Counted from the first letter of the stretch, positions 1 through 8,332 are shown. The stretch: DNA of 64,000 bases from Clostridia bacterium (GCA_041670385.1 JBAXZI010000002.1:5498-69497); one strand, 5' to 3'. Numbers and translations are program-made. Notes: generated from the sequence alone by a model not told the origin.

Positions 1-447
1 TTGATAATAATCATAAGTAAGAGGGTCGATATCAAAAAAGCCCACTAGTTCGGTTGGTTTGCCAATAAATTGTGTATGAGTAGGGTAATCTACTGTTTCG
101 GTTATGTCAAGTTCTAAGTATCCTACTACATTTTTTGTTGGGATAGAAAATCCATTTTTACTTGTTGTTGTTTCTACACCAACAAATTTATCATTATCAA
201 TGCCACTTCGGAATCCAAAGTTTTTAATTGTGTCAAAGGTTGTGCCAGTCGATAATATTGCTACTGCACATTTTTCATTTTTCAATAAAAATTTGTGAGA
301 ATAATTTTGTTTGTTTACAGTTATGCTATATGCTTCGGGATTACCGGTTTGTTGCATAAGTGTATTTATTATACAGCCATTTTGTTTGTCTTTATTACCG
401 GTAATTAATACATACAAGCCATAACTTATCTTATAATTAATATTCAT
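1..447 (-). CDS. flavin reductase-like (FMN-binding split-barrel) protein; C-terminal part cut by window edge
   Basis: Absent from the ORF track because it runs off the window. Manual translation from ATG (complement of 445-447): MNINYKISYGLYVLITGNKDKQNGCIINTLMQQTGNPEAYSITVNKQNYSHKFLLKNEKCAVAILS... AAGGAG RBS (complement of 455-460) lies 7 nt upstream. The N-terminal pattern is typical of clostridial flavin reductase family proteins. Confidence 0.6.
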   Translation of the reverse strand, partial: MNINYKISYGLYVLITGNKDKQNGCIINTLMQQTGNPEAYSITVNKQNYSHKFLLKNEKCAVAILSTGTTFDTIKNFGFRSGIDNDKFVGVETTTSKNGFSIPTKNVVGYLELDITETVDYPTHTQFIGKPTELVGFFDIDPLTYDYYQ

Positions 448-633
448 AACTAAACTCCTTTAAAGAAATTATTTGATATATTTATATTATGGATAAGGAT
501 TCAAAAAATGTCAAGACAATATTTTGTCGGATAATAATTTATAAAAAAATATAAATATTAAAATTTAATATTTATTTAAGTTATGGTATCTATATATTGT
601 TATTTGGAAACCTAAAATAGAATATAGTAATTT

Positions 634-662
634 ATGGCTACCTAAAAAATTTAGGTAGCCAT
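634..662 (-). terminator. stem-loop downstream of hcp
   Basis: 13-bp perfect inverted repeat ATGGCTACCTAAA / TTTAGGTAGCCAT with a 3-nt loop, just after the hcp stop. The minus-strand U-tract is only moderate. Confidence 0.5.
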
Positions 663-672
663 AAGATTTTTT

Positions 673-2265
673 TTATTTACTAAGAAGTTTTTTTAGATCA
701 TCATCAGGGTTGGTGATAGGTCCAATGTTATAATTTTTTACTAATATATCTAATACATTAGGAGATATAAATGCTGGTAGTGTAGGTCCTAGCAAAATAT
801 TTTTTATACCTAAGTGTAGTAGTGTTAGTAATATGCAAACTGCTTTTTGTTCGTACCAAGATATAACCATCGATAATGGTAGTTCATTAACTCCGCAATC
901 AAATGCTTTAGCAAGCTCAAGAGCAACCACAATAGCACTGTAAGCGTCATTACATTGTCCCATATCCATCATTCGTGGCAAACCGCCTATTTCTCCGAGG
1001 TCTAAGTCATTGAAGCGGAATTTGCCGCAAGCAAGAGTTAGGATAATAGAATCTTTAGGAGATTTTTTTACAAACTCTGTATAATGATTTCTACCTACCT
1101 TTGCACCATCGCAACCGCCGACTAAGAAGAAATGTGAGATATCGCCTTTCTTAACTGCATCTACTACTTTATCAGCAACAGAAAGTACAGTTCCGTGTCC
1201 AAATCCTACAGTTAGTTCTTTACCACCGTTTATTCCAGTTAGTTGGGTATCTTCCTTGTATCCGCCAAGTTCTAATGATTTCTCAATTACTTGTGAAAAA
1301 TCTTTATCATCGCCGATATGGACTATTTCTGGATAACTTACTACTTCAGTACTAAATACTCTATCAAAATAGCTTTCTTTAGGTGGCATCAAACAGTTAG
1401 TTGTAAACACAATAGGAGCAGGAACATTGTCAAATTCTTTTCTTTGATTTTGCCAAGCTGTGCCAAAATTACCTTTTAATTGTGGGTATTTTTTTAATTC
1501 TGGATAAGCGTGTGCAGGTAACATTTCGCCGTGAGTATAAACATTTATACCTTTTCCTTTTGTTTGTTCTAATAATTGTTTTAAGTCATATAGGTCGTGA
1601 CCTGTAATTATGATAAATGGTCCTTTTTCTATTTTTAATGGTACTTTAGTAGGAACTGGAGTCCCGTAAGTTTCGGTGTTTGCTTTATCGAGTAATTCCA
1701 TACATATTAGGTTTACTTCGCCTACTTCTAATACAATAGGTAAAAGTTCGGTTTGTCCCCAATCTTCTCCGATTGCATACATTGCTTTAAAGAAGAAATC
1801 TAATATTTTTTGATTTTTGTAACCCAAAACTTCAGCGTGATAAGCATAAGCAGCCATACCTCGTAGTCCAAAAAGTATTAATGATTTTAATGAGCGCACA
1901 TCTACATTTGCTTGCCATATTTTTTGCATATTATAATCGACACTTTGACATTGACAATCACAGCAAGAGCAATTAGAACTTAATTTTGCTTTTTCTTTAT
2001 GCACTTTATCAATAAGTATAGCAAGAGTTTCTTCATTAAAATTAACATTTGTTATTGTAGTAAATAAACCTTCTAACATAACTTTACTAGCACTAGGTGC
2101 TATAGGTTTGCTTATATTTGCTTTTGCAAGACTTATTAAAGCACCTGTAAGTTCATCTTGAAGTTTAGCTACTTCTGAAGTTTTTCCGCATACGCCCTTG
2201 CTAGCGGTACAGCCTGTACAACCTGCTGTTTGTTCGCATTGAAAACAAAACATTTGATTTTCCAT
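673..2265 (-). CDS. hcp: hybrid cluster protein / hydroxylamine reductase
   Basis: 530 aa. N-terminal Cys motif MFCFQCEQTAGCTGCT, and the length and overall pattern of class I Hcp. Confidence 0.95.
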   Translation of the reverse strand: MENQMFCFQCEQTAGCTGCTASKGVCGKTSEVAKLQDELTGALISLAKANISKPIAPSASKVMLEGLFTTITNVNFNEETLAILIDKVHKEKAKLSSNCSCCDCQCQSVDYNMQKIWQANVDVRSLKSLILFGLRGMAAYAYHAEVLGYKNQKILDFFFKAMYAIGEDWGQTELLPIVLEVGEVNLICMELLDKANTETYGTPVPTKVPLKIEKGPFIIITGHDLYDLKQLLEQTKGKGINVYTHGEMLPAHAYPELKKYPQLKGNFGTAWQNQRKEFDNVPAPIVFTTNCLMPPKESYFDRVFSTEVVSYPEIVHIGDDKDFSQVIEKSLELGGYKEDTQLTGINGGKELTVGFGHGTVLSVADKVVDAVKKGDISHFFLVGGCDGAKVGRNHYTEFVKKSPKDSIILTLACGKFRFNDLDLGEIGGLPRMMDMGQCNDAYSAIVVALELAKAFDCGVNELPLSMVISWYEQKAVCILLTLLHLGIKNILLGPTLPAFISPNVLDILVKNYNIGPITNPDDDLKKLLSK

Positions 2266-2280
2266 TATATTTATATCCTC

Positions 2281-2595
2281 CTATTTTTTTGGTGCTGGAG
2301 CTTTAATAACAATTAGCTCCAAAGTGTTTTCGTTATGGTTTTGAGCATCCATTTTTGTATTGAAAGGAATAACAAGTATACTTCCCTCTTCGTAAGTTCT
2401 AAATTCGCCATCACTTAGTCGCAATGATAATGTGCCCTTAATAACTGTCATATATACAGTAGCATTCGTAAAATGCGTTGGCAAACTTTCATCTTTAAGT
2501 AATACCATATGCATATAATGGATATTCTCATCTTTAATTATTGCCCCAATCGTATGTTGGGTTCTATTTCCTAATGTAAAAATTTGTTCTATCAT
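2281..2595 (-). CDS. cupin domain protein
   Basis: Small beta-barrel-like ORF. I trim the track ORF (2281-2652) to the internal ATG (MIEQIFTLGN...), which has an AGGAGG RBS 7 nt upstream. This removes the apparent overlap with the upstream gene. Confidence 0.7.
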   Translation of the reverse strand: MIEQIFTLGNRTQHTIGAIIKDENIHYMHMVLLKDESLPTHFTNATVYMTVIKGTLSLRLSDGEFRTYEEGSILVIPFNTKMDAQNHNENTLELIVIKAPAPKK

Positions 2596-2606
2596 AATAA
2601 ATCCTC

Positions 2607-3296
2607 CTATTCTATAATCTTGCCATTTGATGACAAAGTTATTACTTGCCAAGGAATAAATTTTCCGCTGGCTATTAATGCACGCTTAACGGCATTAGAC
2701 ATTCCGCCACAACAGGGCACTTCCATTTTTACTACTGTTACACTTTGTATATTATTATTTGCAATAATTGCTGTTAGTTTTTCGGTATAGTCGCCATCAT
2801 CTAATTTGGTACAACCGATTAATGTTATTTTTCCCTTTATAAAATCTTTATGAAAATTTCCATAAGCAAAAGCGGTACAATCTGCTGCTATAAGTAATTT
2901 TGCATTTTCATAAAATGGTGCAGTAATTGGTGCAAGTTTTATTTGAATTGGCCATTGTCTAAGTTCTGATGGCACATCAACATTATTATTTGCATTATTT
3001 TTATTTTCACAATCAAGATTTTTAGGAGTTGTACTAGCGGAACAAGAAGAACAAGAGGTTGCTTCATTTTTAGCACTTACTGCCTTTTCATCATAAGCGG
3101 CTGCTTCTCTTTCTTCAAAACTTATTGCTCCTGTAGGGCAAGAGGGCAAACAATCGCCTAATCCATCACAATAATCATCTCGAATTAGTTTAGCTTTGCC
3201 ATTAACCATAGCAATAGCTCCTTCGTGACAAGCGTTTGCACAAGCTCCACAGCCGTTACACTTTTCTTCATCTATTTTTATAATATTTCTTTTCAT
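2607..3296 (-). CDS. 4Fe-4S dicluster ferredoxin-domain protein with Cys-rich C-terminal domain
   Basis: CNGCGACANACHEGAI and CDGLGDCLPSCPTGAI are two CxxCxxCxxxCP-type motifs. The C-terminal part carries CCGG. AAGGAGG RBS present. Co-oriented directly upstream of cupin and hcp. Confidence 0.85.
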   Translation of the reverse strand: MKRNIIKIDEEKCNGCGACANACHEGAIAMVNGKAKLIRDDYCDGLGDCLPSCPTGAISFEEREAAAYDEKAVSAKNEATSCSSCSASTTPKNLDCENKNNANNNVDVPSELRQWPIQIKLAPITAPFYENAKLLIAADCTAFAYGNFHKDFIKGKITLIGCTKLDDGDYTEKLTAIIANNNIQSVTVVKMEVPCCGGMSNAVKRALIASGKFIPWQVITLSSNGKIIE

Positions 3297-3372
3297 TTAT
3301 TCCTCCTTGTAAATTTCATAAGTTATTATTGACTTTGTAACCTAATTATAATACAATTAAAAATACAAGTCG

Positions 3373-3386
3373 GTTGTTTTTACAAC
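3373..3386. promoter_or_regulatory. perfect 5-4-5 palindrome GTTGT-N4-ACAAC, candidate Crp/Fnr (HcpR-like) operator
   Basis: GTTGTTTTTACAAC lies in the divergent intergenic region. Its centre is 29.5 nt upstream of a minus-strand TATAAT (complement of 3345-3350), which is about -41.5 under standard -10 spacing. It also lies downstream of a plus-strand TTGACT(3329-3334)-17-TACAAT(3352-3357) promoter. Confidence 0.4.
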
Positions 3387-3400
3387 ATAAAAGGAGAATT

Positions 3401-4060
3401 ATGAATAAATATTTGCCAGTAATAGCAAATTCAATTTTATTTGATGGAATAAAGAACGATGAACTAGCAGGAATGTTGGTTTGCCTTAATGCGGTTACAA
3501 AAACCTTTGATAAAGGAGAATATGTATTTAGGTATGGCGAGGATATAAATAGAGTAGGACTAGTTATTTCGGGTAAAATACACATAGTTAGATTAGATTT
3601 TTGGGGTAATGAAACAATAATTTCCCAAATTACAAGCGGAGGTTTGTTTGGCGAAAGCTATGCAAGTTCTCAAGATATGACTATATATGCCGATGTCGTG
3701 GTGATAGAAAATAGTGAGATTATGTTTTTAGATATAAACAGAATCCTTACTACTTGTTCAGCAGCTTGTGTATATCACACAAAACTAATTAGAAATTTGG
3801 TATCGGTGCTTGCTAATAAAAACATTTTGTTAAAAGGTAAAATTGATAATATTTCACAAAGAACGACCAAAAGTAAGATACTGACTTATCTTTCGTCACA
3901 ATCACAAAAGGCGAAATCTAATTCTTTTGAAATTCCTTTTAATCGGCAACAACTTGCGAACTATTTGTCAGTAGATAGAAGTGCTATGTCAAACGAATTA
4001 TGTAAGTTGCGAGATGAAGGAATATTAAAATTTGAAAAAGAACATTTTGAATTATTATAA
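3401..4060 (+). CDS. Crp/Fnr family transcriptional regulator (HcpR-like by context)
   Basis: N-terminal cNMP-binding-like fold and a C-terminal HTH (RQQLANYLSVDRSAMSNELCKLRDEG). Start moved to the ATG at 3401, which is preceded by AAGGAG (3391-3396). Divergent from the hcp operon. Confidence 0.85.
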   Translation: MNKYLPVIANSILFDGIKNDELAGMLVCLNAVTKTFDKGEYVFRYGEDINRVGLVISGKIHIVRLDFWGNETIISQITSGGLFGESYASSQDMTIYADVVVIENSEIMFLDINRILTTCSAACVYHTKLIRNLVSVLANKNILLKGKIDNISQRTTKSKILTYLSSQSQKAKSNSFEIPFNRQQLANYLSVDRSAMSNELCKLRDEGILKFEKEHFELL

Positions 4061-4069
4061 ATTCATAAC

Positions 4070-4100
4070 AAAACCTAGCAGTGAAAGCTAGGTTTTATTT
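4070..4100. terminator. bidirectional intrinsic terminator
   Basis: AAAACCTAGC-agtgaa-GCTAGGTTTT followed by a T-run, between convergent genes. Confidence 0.7.
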
Positions 4101-5285
4101 TTATTTATTTTTATTTATGATTTGTTGATATTTCTCAAATACATTATCGACTATATCGTCCCAAGATTGGTATAAATCTTTTTTACAATTATTTTTGACT
4201 TCGTTATAAACTTCGGTATTGCTAAAAATATCAAGTATTTTATCTGCCCAAATATTAGGTTCATTTTCAGCGACAAAACCATTATGCCCGTCAATAACTT
4301 CTTCAGATGAAGAAGAATTTTTTACAACTAATAATGGTAAATCCATAGCCACACTTTCTTTAATAACTAATGGGCAACTATCAAATGTAGATGGGAAAAC
4401 AAACAATTGAGAAGCTAAATAATAAGCACTTAACTTGTCTCTATTTGATATGTTACCTACAAAATAGACACAATCATCTAAATTAAGGTTGTGACTTTTT
4501 CTCATTAAATTACTTTTGTAATCGCCGTCGCCTATAATAATAAGTTTATAGTTTTCGCCCTTATCTTTCAAAATTTTCATAATATCAAAAAGCATTCCTA
4601 TATTTTTGACAAGCACTAGGCGTCCTACAAAAAGTAGTATTTTATCATCTTTATTTAGACCTAATTTGTTGATTAATTTAGTTTTTTCTTCTAATACCTT
4701 GACACTATCGCTATCTTTGATATCGGTTCCGTTTCGCATAACTTCGCAAGGCAAATCGATATTATATTTTTCGTGCAAGCAAACTCTATTTCCATCACTA
4801 ACTGCCCATAAGTAATCCATTTTTTTTATGGTACTAAGCAAAAAATTAAGTGCGAATTTTTGCAAAAATTTTGATTTTACGGCACGGTTTATTTCTTCGT
4901 GGTATCGAGTATGTACAGTAAATATTATAGGAATATTTTGCTTCTTAGCTAATTTTACTGCCAATTTTCCTAAAGTAGCGGGAGAATGGCAATGAATAAG
5001 GTCATATTTATTATGTTTTAGATATTTCTTTAGTTTTATATCGAACATTGGAAGTGGCAACCTAACACCGTATTTACCGCCTGATAATGATAAACTGCGT
5101 ATTACTTTATAGCTATCATTGTTAGGGGATTTTGGATACCATGGTACCAAAACTTCGACATCAGCTTTGCCTTTTTGATTGAGTAATTTTGCATAATTGT
5201 CCACAACATTAACAACTCCATCTATTGATGGATAGTAATTGTCAACAACTTCTAATATTCTTATAGGTTTATTTTCTGTAACCAT
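4101..5285 (-). CDS. GT4-family (GT-B) glycosyltransferase, probable glycolipid synthase
   Basis: 394 aa with Glycos_transf_1-like C-terminal half (FVFPSTFDSCPLVIKESVAMDLPLL, an EX7E-type region) and a GT4 N-terminal domain. Confidence 0.85.
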   Translation of the reverse strand: MVTENKPIRILEVVDNYYPSIDGVVNVVDNYAKLLNQKGKADVEVLVPWYPKSPNNDSYKVIRSLSLSGGKYGVRLPLPMFDIKLKKYLKHNKYDLIHCHSPATLGKLAVKLAKKQNIPIIFTVHTRYHEEINRAVKSKFLQKFALNFLLSTIKKMDYLWAVSDGNRVCLHEKYNIDLPCEVMRNGTDIKDSDSVKVLEEKTKLINKLGLNKDDKILLFVGRLVLVKNIGMLFDIMKILKDKGENYKLIIIGDGDYKSNLMRKSHNLNLDDCVYFVGNISNRDKLSAYYLASQLFVFPSTFDSCPLVIKESVAMDLPLLVVKNSSSSEEVIDGHNGFVAENEPNIWADKILDIFSNTEVYNEVKNNCKKDLYQSWDDIVDNVFEKYQQIINKNK

Positions 5286-5302
5286 ATATTTCCTCTTATT
5301 GA

Positions 5303-6436
5303 TTAATTAATTTTCGGGTATTGCTTTTTTTTCTTAAATTTATGAGAAATAAATAGTATTATTGTTTCTATAAATCCAATAAATAAATAGATATAATAAG
5401 AATAAAAACGCCAAGTAAACACTACCCAAAATAAAAGACCTTGACTCATTGGTATAGGAGCAAAAACCATCGAATAAACCGCTTCTATAGCACCGCTATT
5501 CCCTGGAGTAGGCACTAAAGATGCGGCAAAAAGTGAATACGCATTTAGAGTGATTACATCAAAAAATAGTTTGAACGAATAAGATGCATTGCCTATGGAT
5601 AATAAAACAAAATAAGGAATTGACATAATTAGAATAAAATCTATCATAGAGAGTATAAATAAAGATATTATTCCAACGACATTTTTATTTATCTTTATAA
5701 ATGCTTCCTTGTATTGGTCTAAAAAACTTGTTACTTTAGCGATTTTAGTATCATAATCCTTAATAATCTTCATTTTATAAAATAATTTCATAAAAAACCC
5801 AATAATTTTTAGCACTGTTTTTGGGAAAACAGAGAATAGTATTACCAGAGTAGGAGCTAAACAAGCTATAGAAATACCTACATAACAAGCTATTTTGATG
5901 CCATTAGCTCGTGCAAGTGGTAAATAATCAAGTGCTTGATGATTGACAATATAAAGTACTATTGAAACGCAAATCCAAGCAAGTAATTGAAAAATATATT
6001 TAACAATAGGTATAGCCGTAGCCTCGCTAGGCGTGTAACCTTTATTGTATAATTGATAAACTTGATAGGCTTGTCCACCTGTGTTAAAAGGGGTAATATT
6101 ATCATAGAAACGACCCATAATACCGATATTTATACAAAGAGCATAATCAAATTTGCCTTTGATTATTTTGGCAATTATAGAATATTTTAGGGCATCTGTA
6201 AAAAATAAAATAGCAACAAGTAGCAACAAAAATAGTAAATTTCTCAAGTTTATATTGGCAATAACAAATTTAAATGTTGCAACCGAACTTCCAGAAAGGT
6301 CTTTACTAATTAAATAAACACAATAAAAAGTAGCACAAAAAAACAAAACCAGCAATAGTGTTTTAATTGTGCTTTTTTTGCGGTTTTTTTCTTTAGGTTT
6401 TGGTATTTCTTCAATTATTTTTTCATTTTCTTCCAT
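5303..6436 (-). CDS. UPF0104 / MprF-flippase-like (lysyl-PG synthase TM region) membrane protein
   Basis: 377 aa and polytopic. Carries the conserved PTPGNSGAIEA motif typical of the LPG_synthase_TM family. Sits 17 nt upstream of the GT4 gene. Confidence 0.75.
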   Translation of the reverse strand: MEENEKIIEEIPKPKEKNRKKSTIKTLLLVLFFCATFYCVYLISKDLSGSSVATFKFVIANINLRNLLFLLLLVAILFFTDALKYSIIAKIIKGKFDYALCINIGIMGRFYDNITPFNTGGQAYQVYQLYNKGYTPSEATAIPIVKYIFQLLAWICVSIVLYIVNHQALDYLPLARANGIKIACYVGISIACLAPTLVILFSVFPKTVLKIIGFFMKLFYKMKIIKDYDTKIAKVTSFLDQYKEAFIKINKNVVGIISLFILSMIDFILIMSIPYFVLLSIGNASYSFKLFFDVITLNAYSLFAASLVPTPGNSGAIEAVYSMVFAPIPMSQGLLFWVVFTWRFYSYYIYLFIGFIETIILFISHKFKKKKQYPKIN

Positions 6437-6481
6437 ATTTTTAATCTTAAATTATTTTCCCTAAAATTATTCTTATATAAT

Positions 6482-6510
6482 ATCATAATATGGAATGAGC
6501 AAAATGTCAA
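6482..6510 (-). promoter_or_regulatory. sigma-A type promoter for the UPF0104-GT4 operon
   Basis: Minus strand: TTGACA (complement of 6505-6510), 17 nt, TATGAT (complement of 6482-6487). Confidence 0.45.
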
Positions 6511-6612
6511 ATAAGTAGGGCGTAATTATAAATGGAGTATATTGCTTTTACTGAAAAAAGTAAGAAAAGTAATATTTAAGAATAAGCATTAGTACTAATA
6601 TTTTCTAAATAA

Positions 6613-6646
6613 AGCAAAAACACCCATAAAAATGGATGTTTAAGTA
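6613..6646 (-). terminator. orphan intrinsic terminator (minus strand)
   Basis: Minus strand reads AAACATCCAT-TTTT-ATGGGTGTTT, a 10-bp stem with one G-U pair, followed by TTGCTTTATTT. No ORF lies upstream of it. Confidence 0.45.
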
Positions 6647-6704
6647 ATAAGAGATATTTTATTAATTTATTAACTTTAAGGATTATTCTTAATAAATCTT
6701 GATT

Positions 6705-6732
6705 AGTATAACATTATTAATAAAAGTGTCAA
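6705..6732 (-). promoter_or_regulatory. orphan strong promoter (minus strand)
   Basis: Minus strand: TTGACA (complement of 6727-6732), 16 nt ending in TGT (extended -10), TATACT (complement of 6705-6710). It points at the terminator at 6613-6646. Confidence 0.4.
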
Positions 6733-6788
6733 GTCTTATTTTGAATTTTTATTACAAAAATGCAAAAGTGTATAAATATAAAATAAAA

Positions 6789-6814
6789 AAACCTCTTTAA
6801 TTAAAAAGAGGTTT
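6789..6814 (-). terminator. intrinsic terminator of the DUF1846 gene
   Basis: AAACCTCTTT-loop-AAAGAGGTTT, followed by a long T-run on the minus strand. Confidence 0.7.
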
Positions 6815-6838
6815 GAAGTATTATATTAAGTTTATATT

Positions 6839-8332
6839 CTATTTTTGATAAAGCTTTTTTGTACCATATTCAGGTTCGCTAGTAACTTGAAGACCTAAAG
6901 AACGGAAAACTCTTTCATCTACCGAGCCTAATATTGTGGTTGTATGAATTTGACACCCATTTAAGTAAGGAAGTTGTTGCATTGCAAGTTTAGCAAGGTC
7001 GTTTGTTGCTGCACTAATAGAAAGTGAGATTAACACTTCATCGGTATGCAATCTAGGATTGCTGCTACCTAAAAACTCAGTTTTTAATTTTTGAATAGGT
7101 TCTATAGCACTTGGGGAGATAAGTTTTAGACTGTCATCAATTCCCGCAAGAACTTTCAAACTGTTTAATAAAATTGTGCTAGAATAGCCCATAAGTGGTG
7201 TAGTTTTACCAGTTACAATAGTTCCATCAGGAAGTTCTATAGCGGCACAAGCTTTACCAGTTACTCTAGCTTTTTCTAATGCTACAGGTACAACTTTTCT
7301 ATCTGATAGTTTTAGTCCTAATTCTTCCATAAGTAATAGAATTTTTTCTGCTTCCTTATTGCTATAAGAATCTTTTCTTTTTCTTACTAATGCTTTATAA
7401 TAACGACGAATAATTTCTTGTTTGCTAGCTTCACAACAAACCTCATCATCACTAATGCAAAAACCAGCCATATTAACGCCCATATCTGTAGGCGATTGGT
7501 AAGGCGAAAAGCCCATAAGTTTTTGGAATAGAATTTTTAGTACAGGGAATATTTCTACATCACGATTGTAATTAACAGTGATTTTGTTGTAAGCCTTATA
7601 ATGCCAAGGGTCAATCATATTAATATCATTAAGGTCGGCTGTTGCTGCTTCGTATGCTTTATTAACCGGATGTTCTAAAGGTAAATTCCAAATTGGGAAA
7701 GTTTCATATTTTGCATATCCAGCTTTTACACCTTTTTTGTATTCGTGATATAATTGGCTAAGGCAAGTAGCCATTTTTCCACTACCTGGACCAGGAGCAG
7801 ATACTACTATAAGTTGTCTTGTTGTTTCTATATATTCATTTTTGCCATAACCTTCATCACTAACTATATGATTTATTGCGGTAGGATAACCATCTATATG
7901 ATAATGGCGATAAACTTTTATTCCTAAATGTTCTAATTTAGATTGGAATGCAATAGCTGCGGTATTGTCATTGTCTTTGCTAAATTGGGAAATAACAATA
8001 CTACCAACATATAAGTCCATACTTCTAAAAATATCAATAAGGCGTAAAACATCGTCGTGATAAGTGATACCTAAGTCAGCACGCAATTTATTTTTGGCGA
8101 TATCAGAAGAATTAATAACAATTACTATTTCTGCTTTGTCTTTTAATTTTTGTAATAGTTTTATTTTATTATCAGGTGCAAAACCTGGTAATACCCTTGA
8201 AGCGTGAAAATCATCAAATAATTTGCCTCCAAATTCAAGGTAAAGTTTACCCCCGAAATCATCAATTCTGCTTAATATTCTTTCAGATTGCATAGCCAAA
8301 TACTTTTCACTATCAAAACCTATTTTACTCAT
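6839..8332 (-). CDS. UPF0371 / DUF1846 family protein (function unknown)
   Basis: 497 aa. The N-terminus IGFDSEKYLAMQSERILSRI...KLYLEFGGKLFDDFHASRVLPGFAPDNKIKLL matches the conserved UPF0371 signature as I remember it from streptococcal and bacillus homologues. Confidence 0.85.
   Translation of the reverse strand: MSKIGFDSEKYLAMQSERILSRIDDFGGKLYLEFGGKLFDDFHASRVLPGFAPDNKIKLLQKLKDKAEIVIVINSSDIAKNKLRADLGITYHDDVLRLIDIFRSMDLYVGSIVISQFSKDNDNTAAIAFQSKLEHLGIKVYRHYHIDGYPTAINHIVSDEGYGKNEYIETTRQLIVVSAPGPGSGKMATCLSQLYHEYKKGVKAGYAKYETFPIWNLPLEHPVNKAYEAATADLNDINMIDPWHYKAYNKITVNYNRDVEIFPVLKILFQKLMGFSPYQSPTDMGVNMAGFCISDDEVCCEASKQEIIRRYYKALVRKRKDSYSNKEAEKILLLMEELGLKLSDRKVVPVALEKARVTGKACAAIELPDGTIVTGKTTPLMGYSSTILLNSLKVLAGIDDSLKLISPSAIEPIQKLKTEFLGSSNPRLHTDEVLISLSISAATNDLAKLAMQQLPYLNGCQIHTTTILGSVDERVFRSLGLQVTSEPEYGTKKLYQK

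Noticed and set aside
104-298. A 64-aa plus-strand ORF at the window start.
   Set aside because: It is antisense to the partial flavin reductase-like gene (1-447, minus), which has a strong RBS and a recognisable N-terminus.
2584-2652. Apparent 46-nt overlap between the cupin ORF and the ferredoxin ORF, and a 68-aa plus-strand ORF at 2584-2790.
   Set aside because: The overlap arises from an upstream in-frame ATG. The RBS-backed ATG at 2595 gives a normal 11-nt intergenic gap. The plus-strand ORF is antisense to a well-supported Fe-S protein and has no RBS.
6532-6579. A 15-codon ORF (MEYIAFTEKSKKSNI) in the long intergenic gap.
   Set aside because: It has no Shine-Dalgarno sequence and no promoter in the right orientation. 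The only convincing signals in the gap are on the minus strand.
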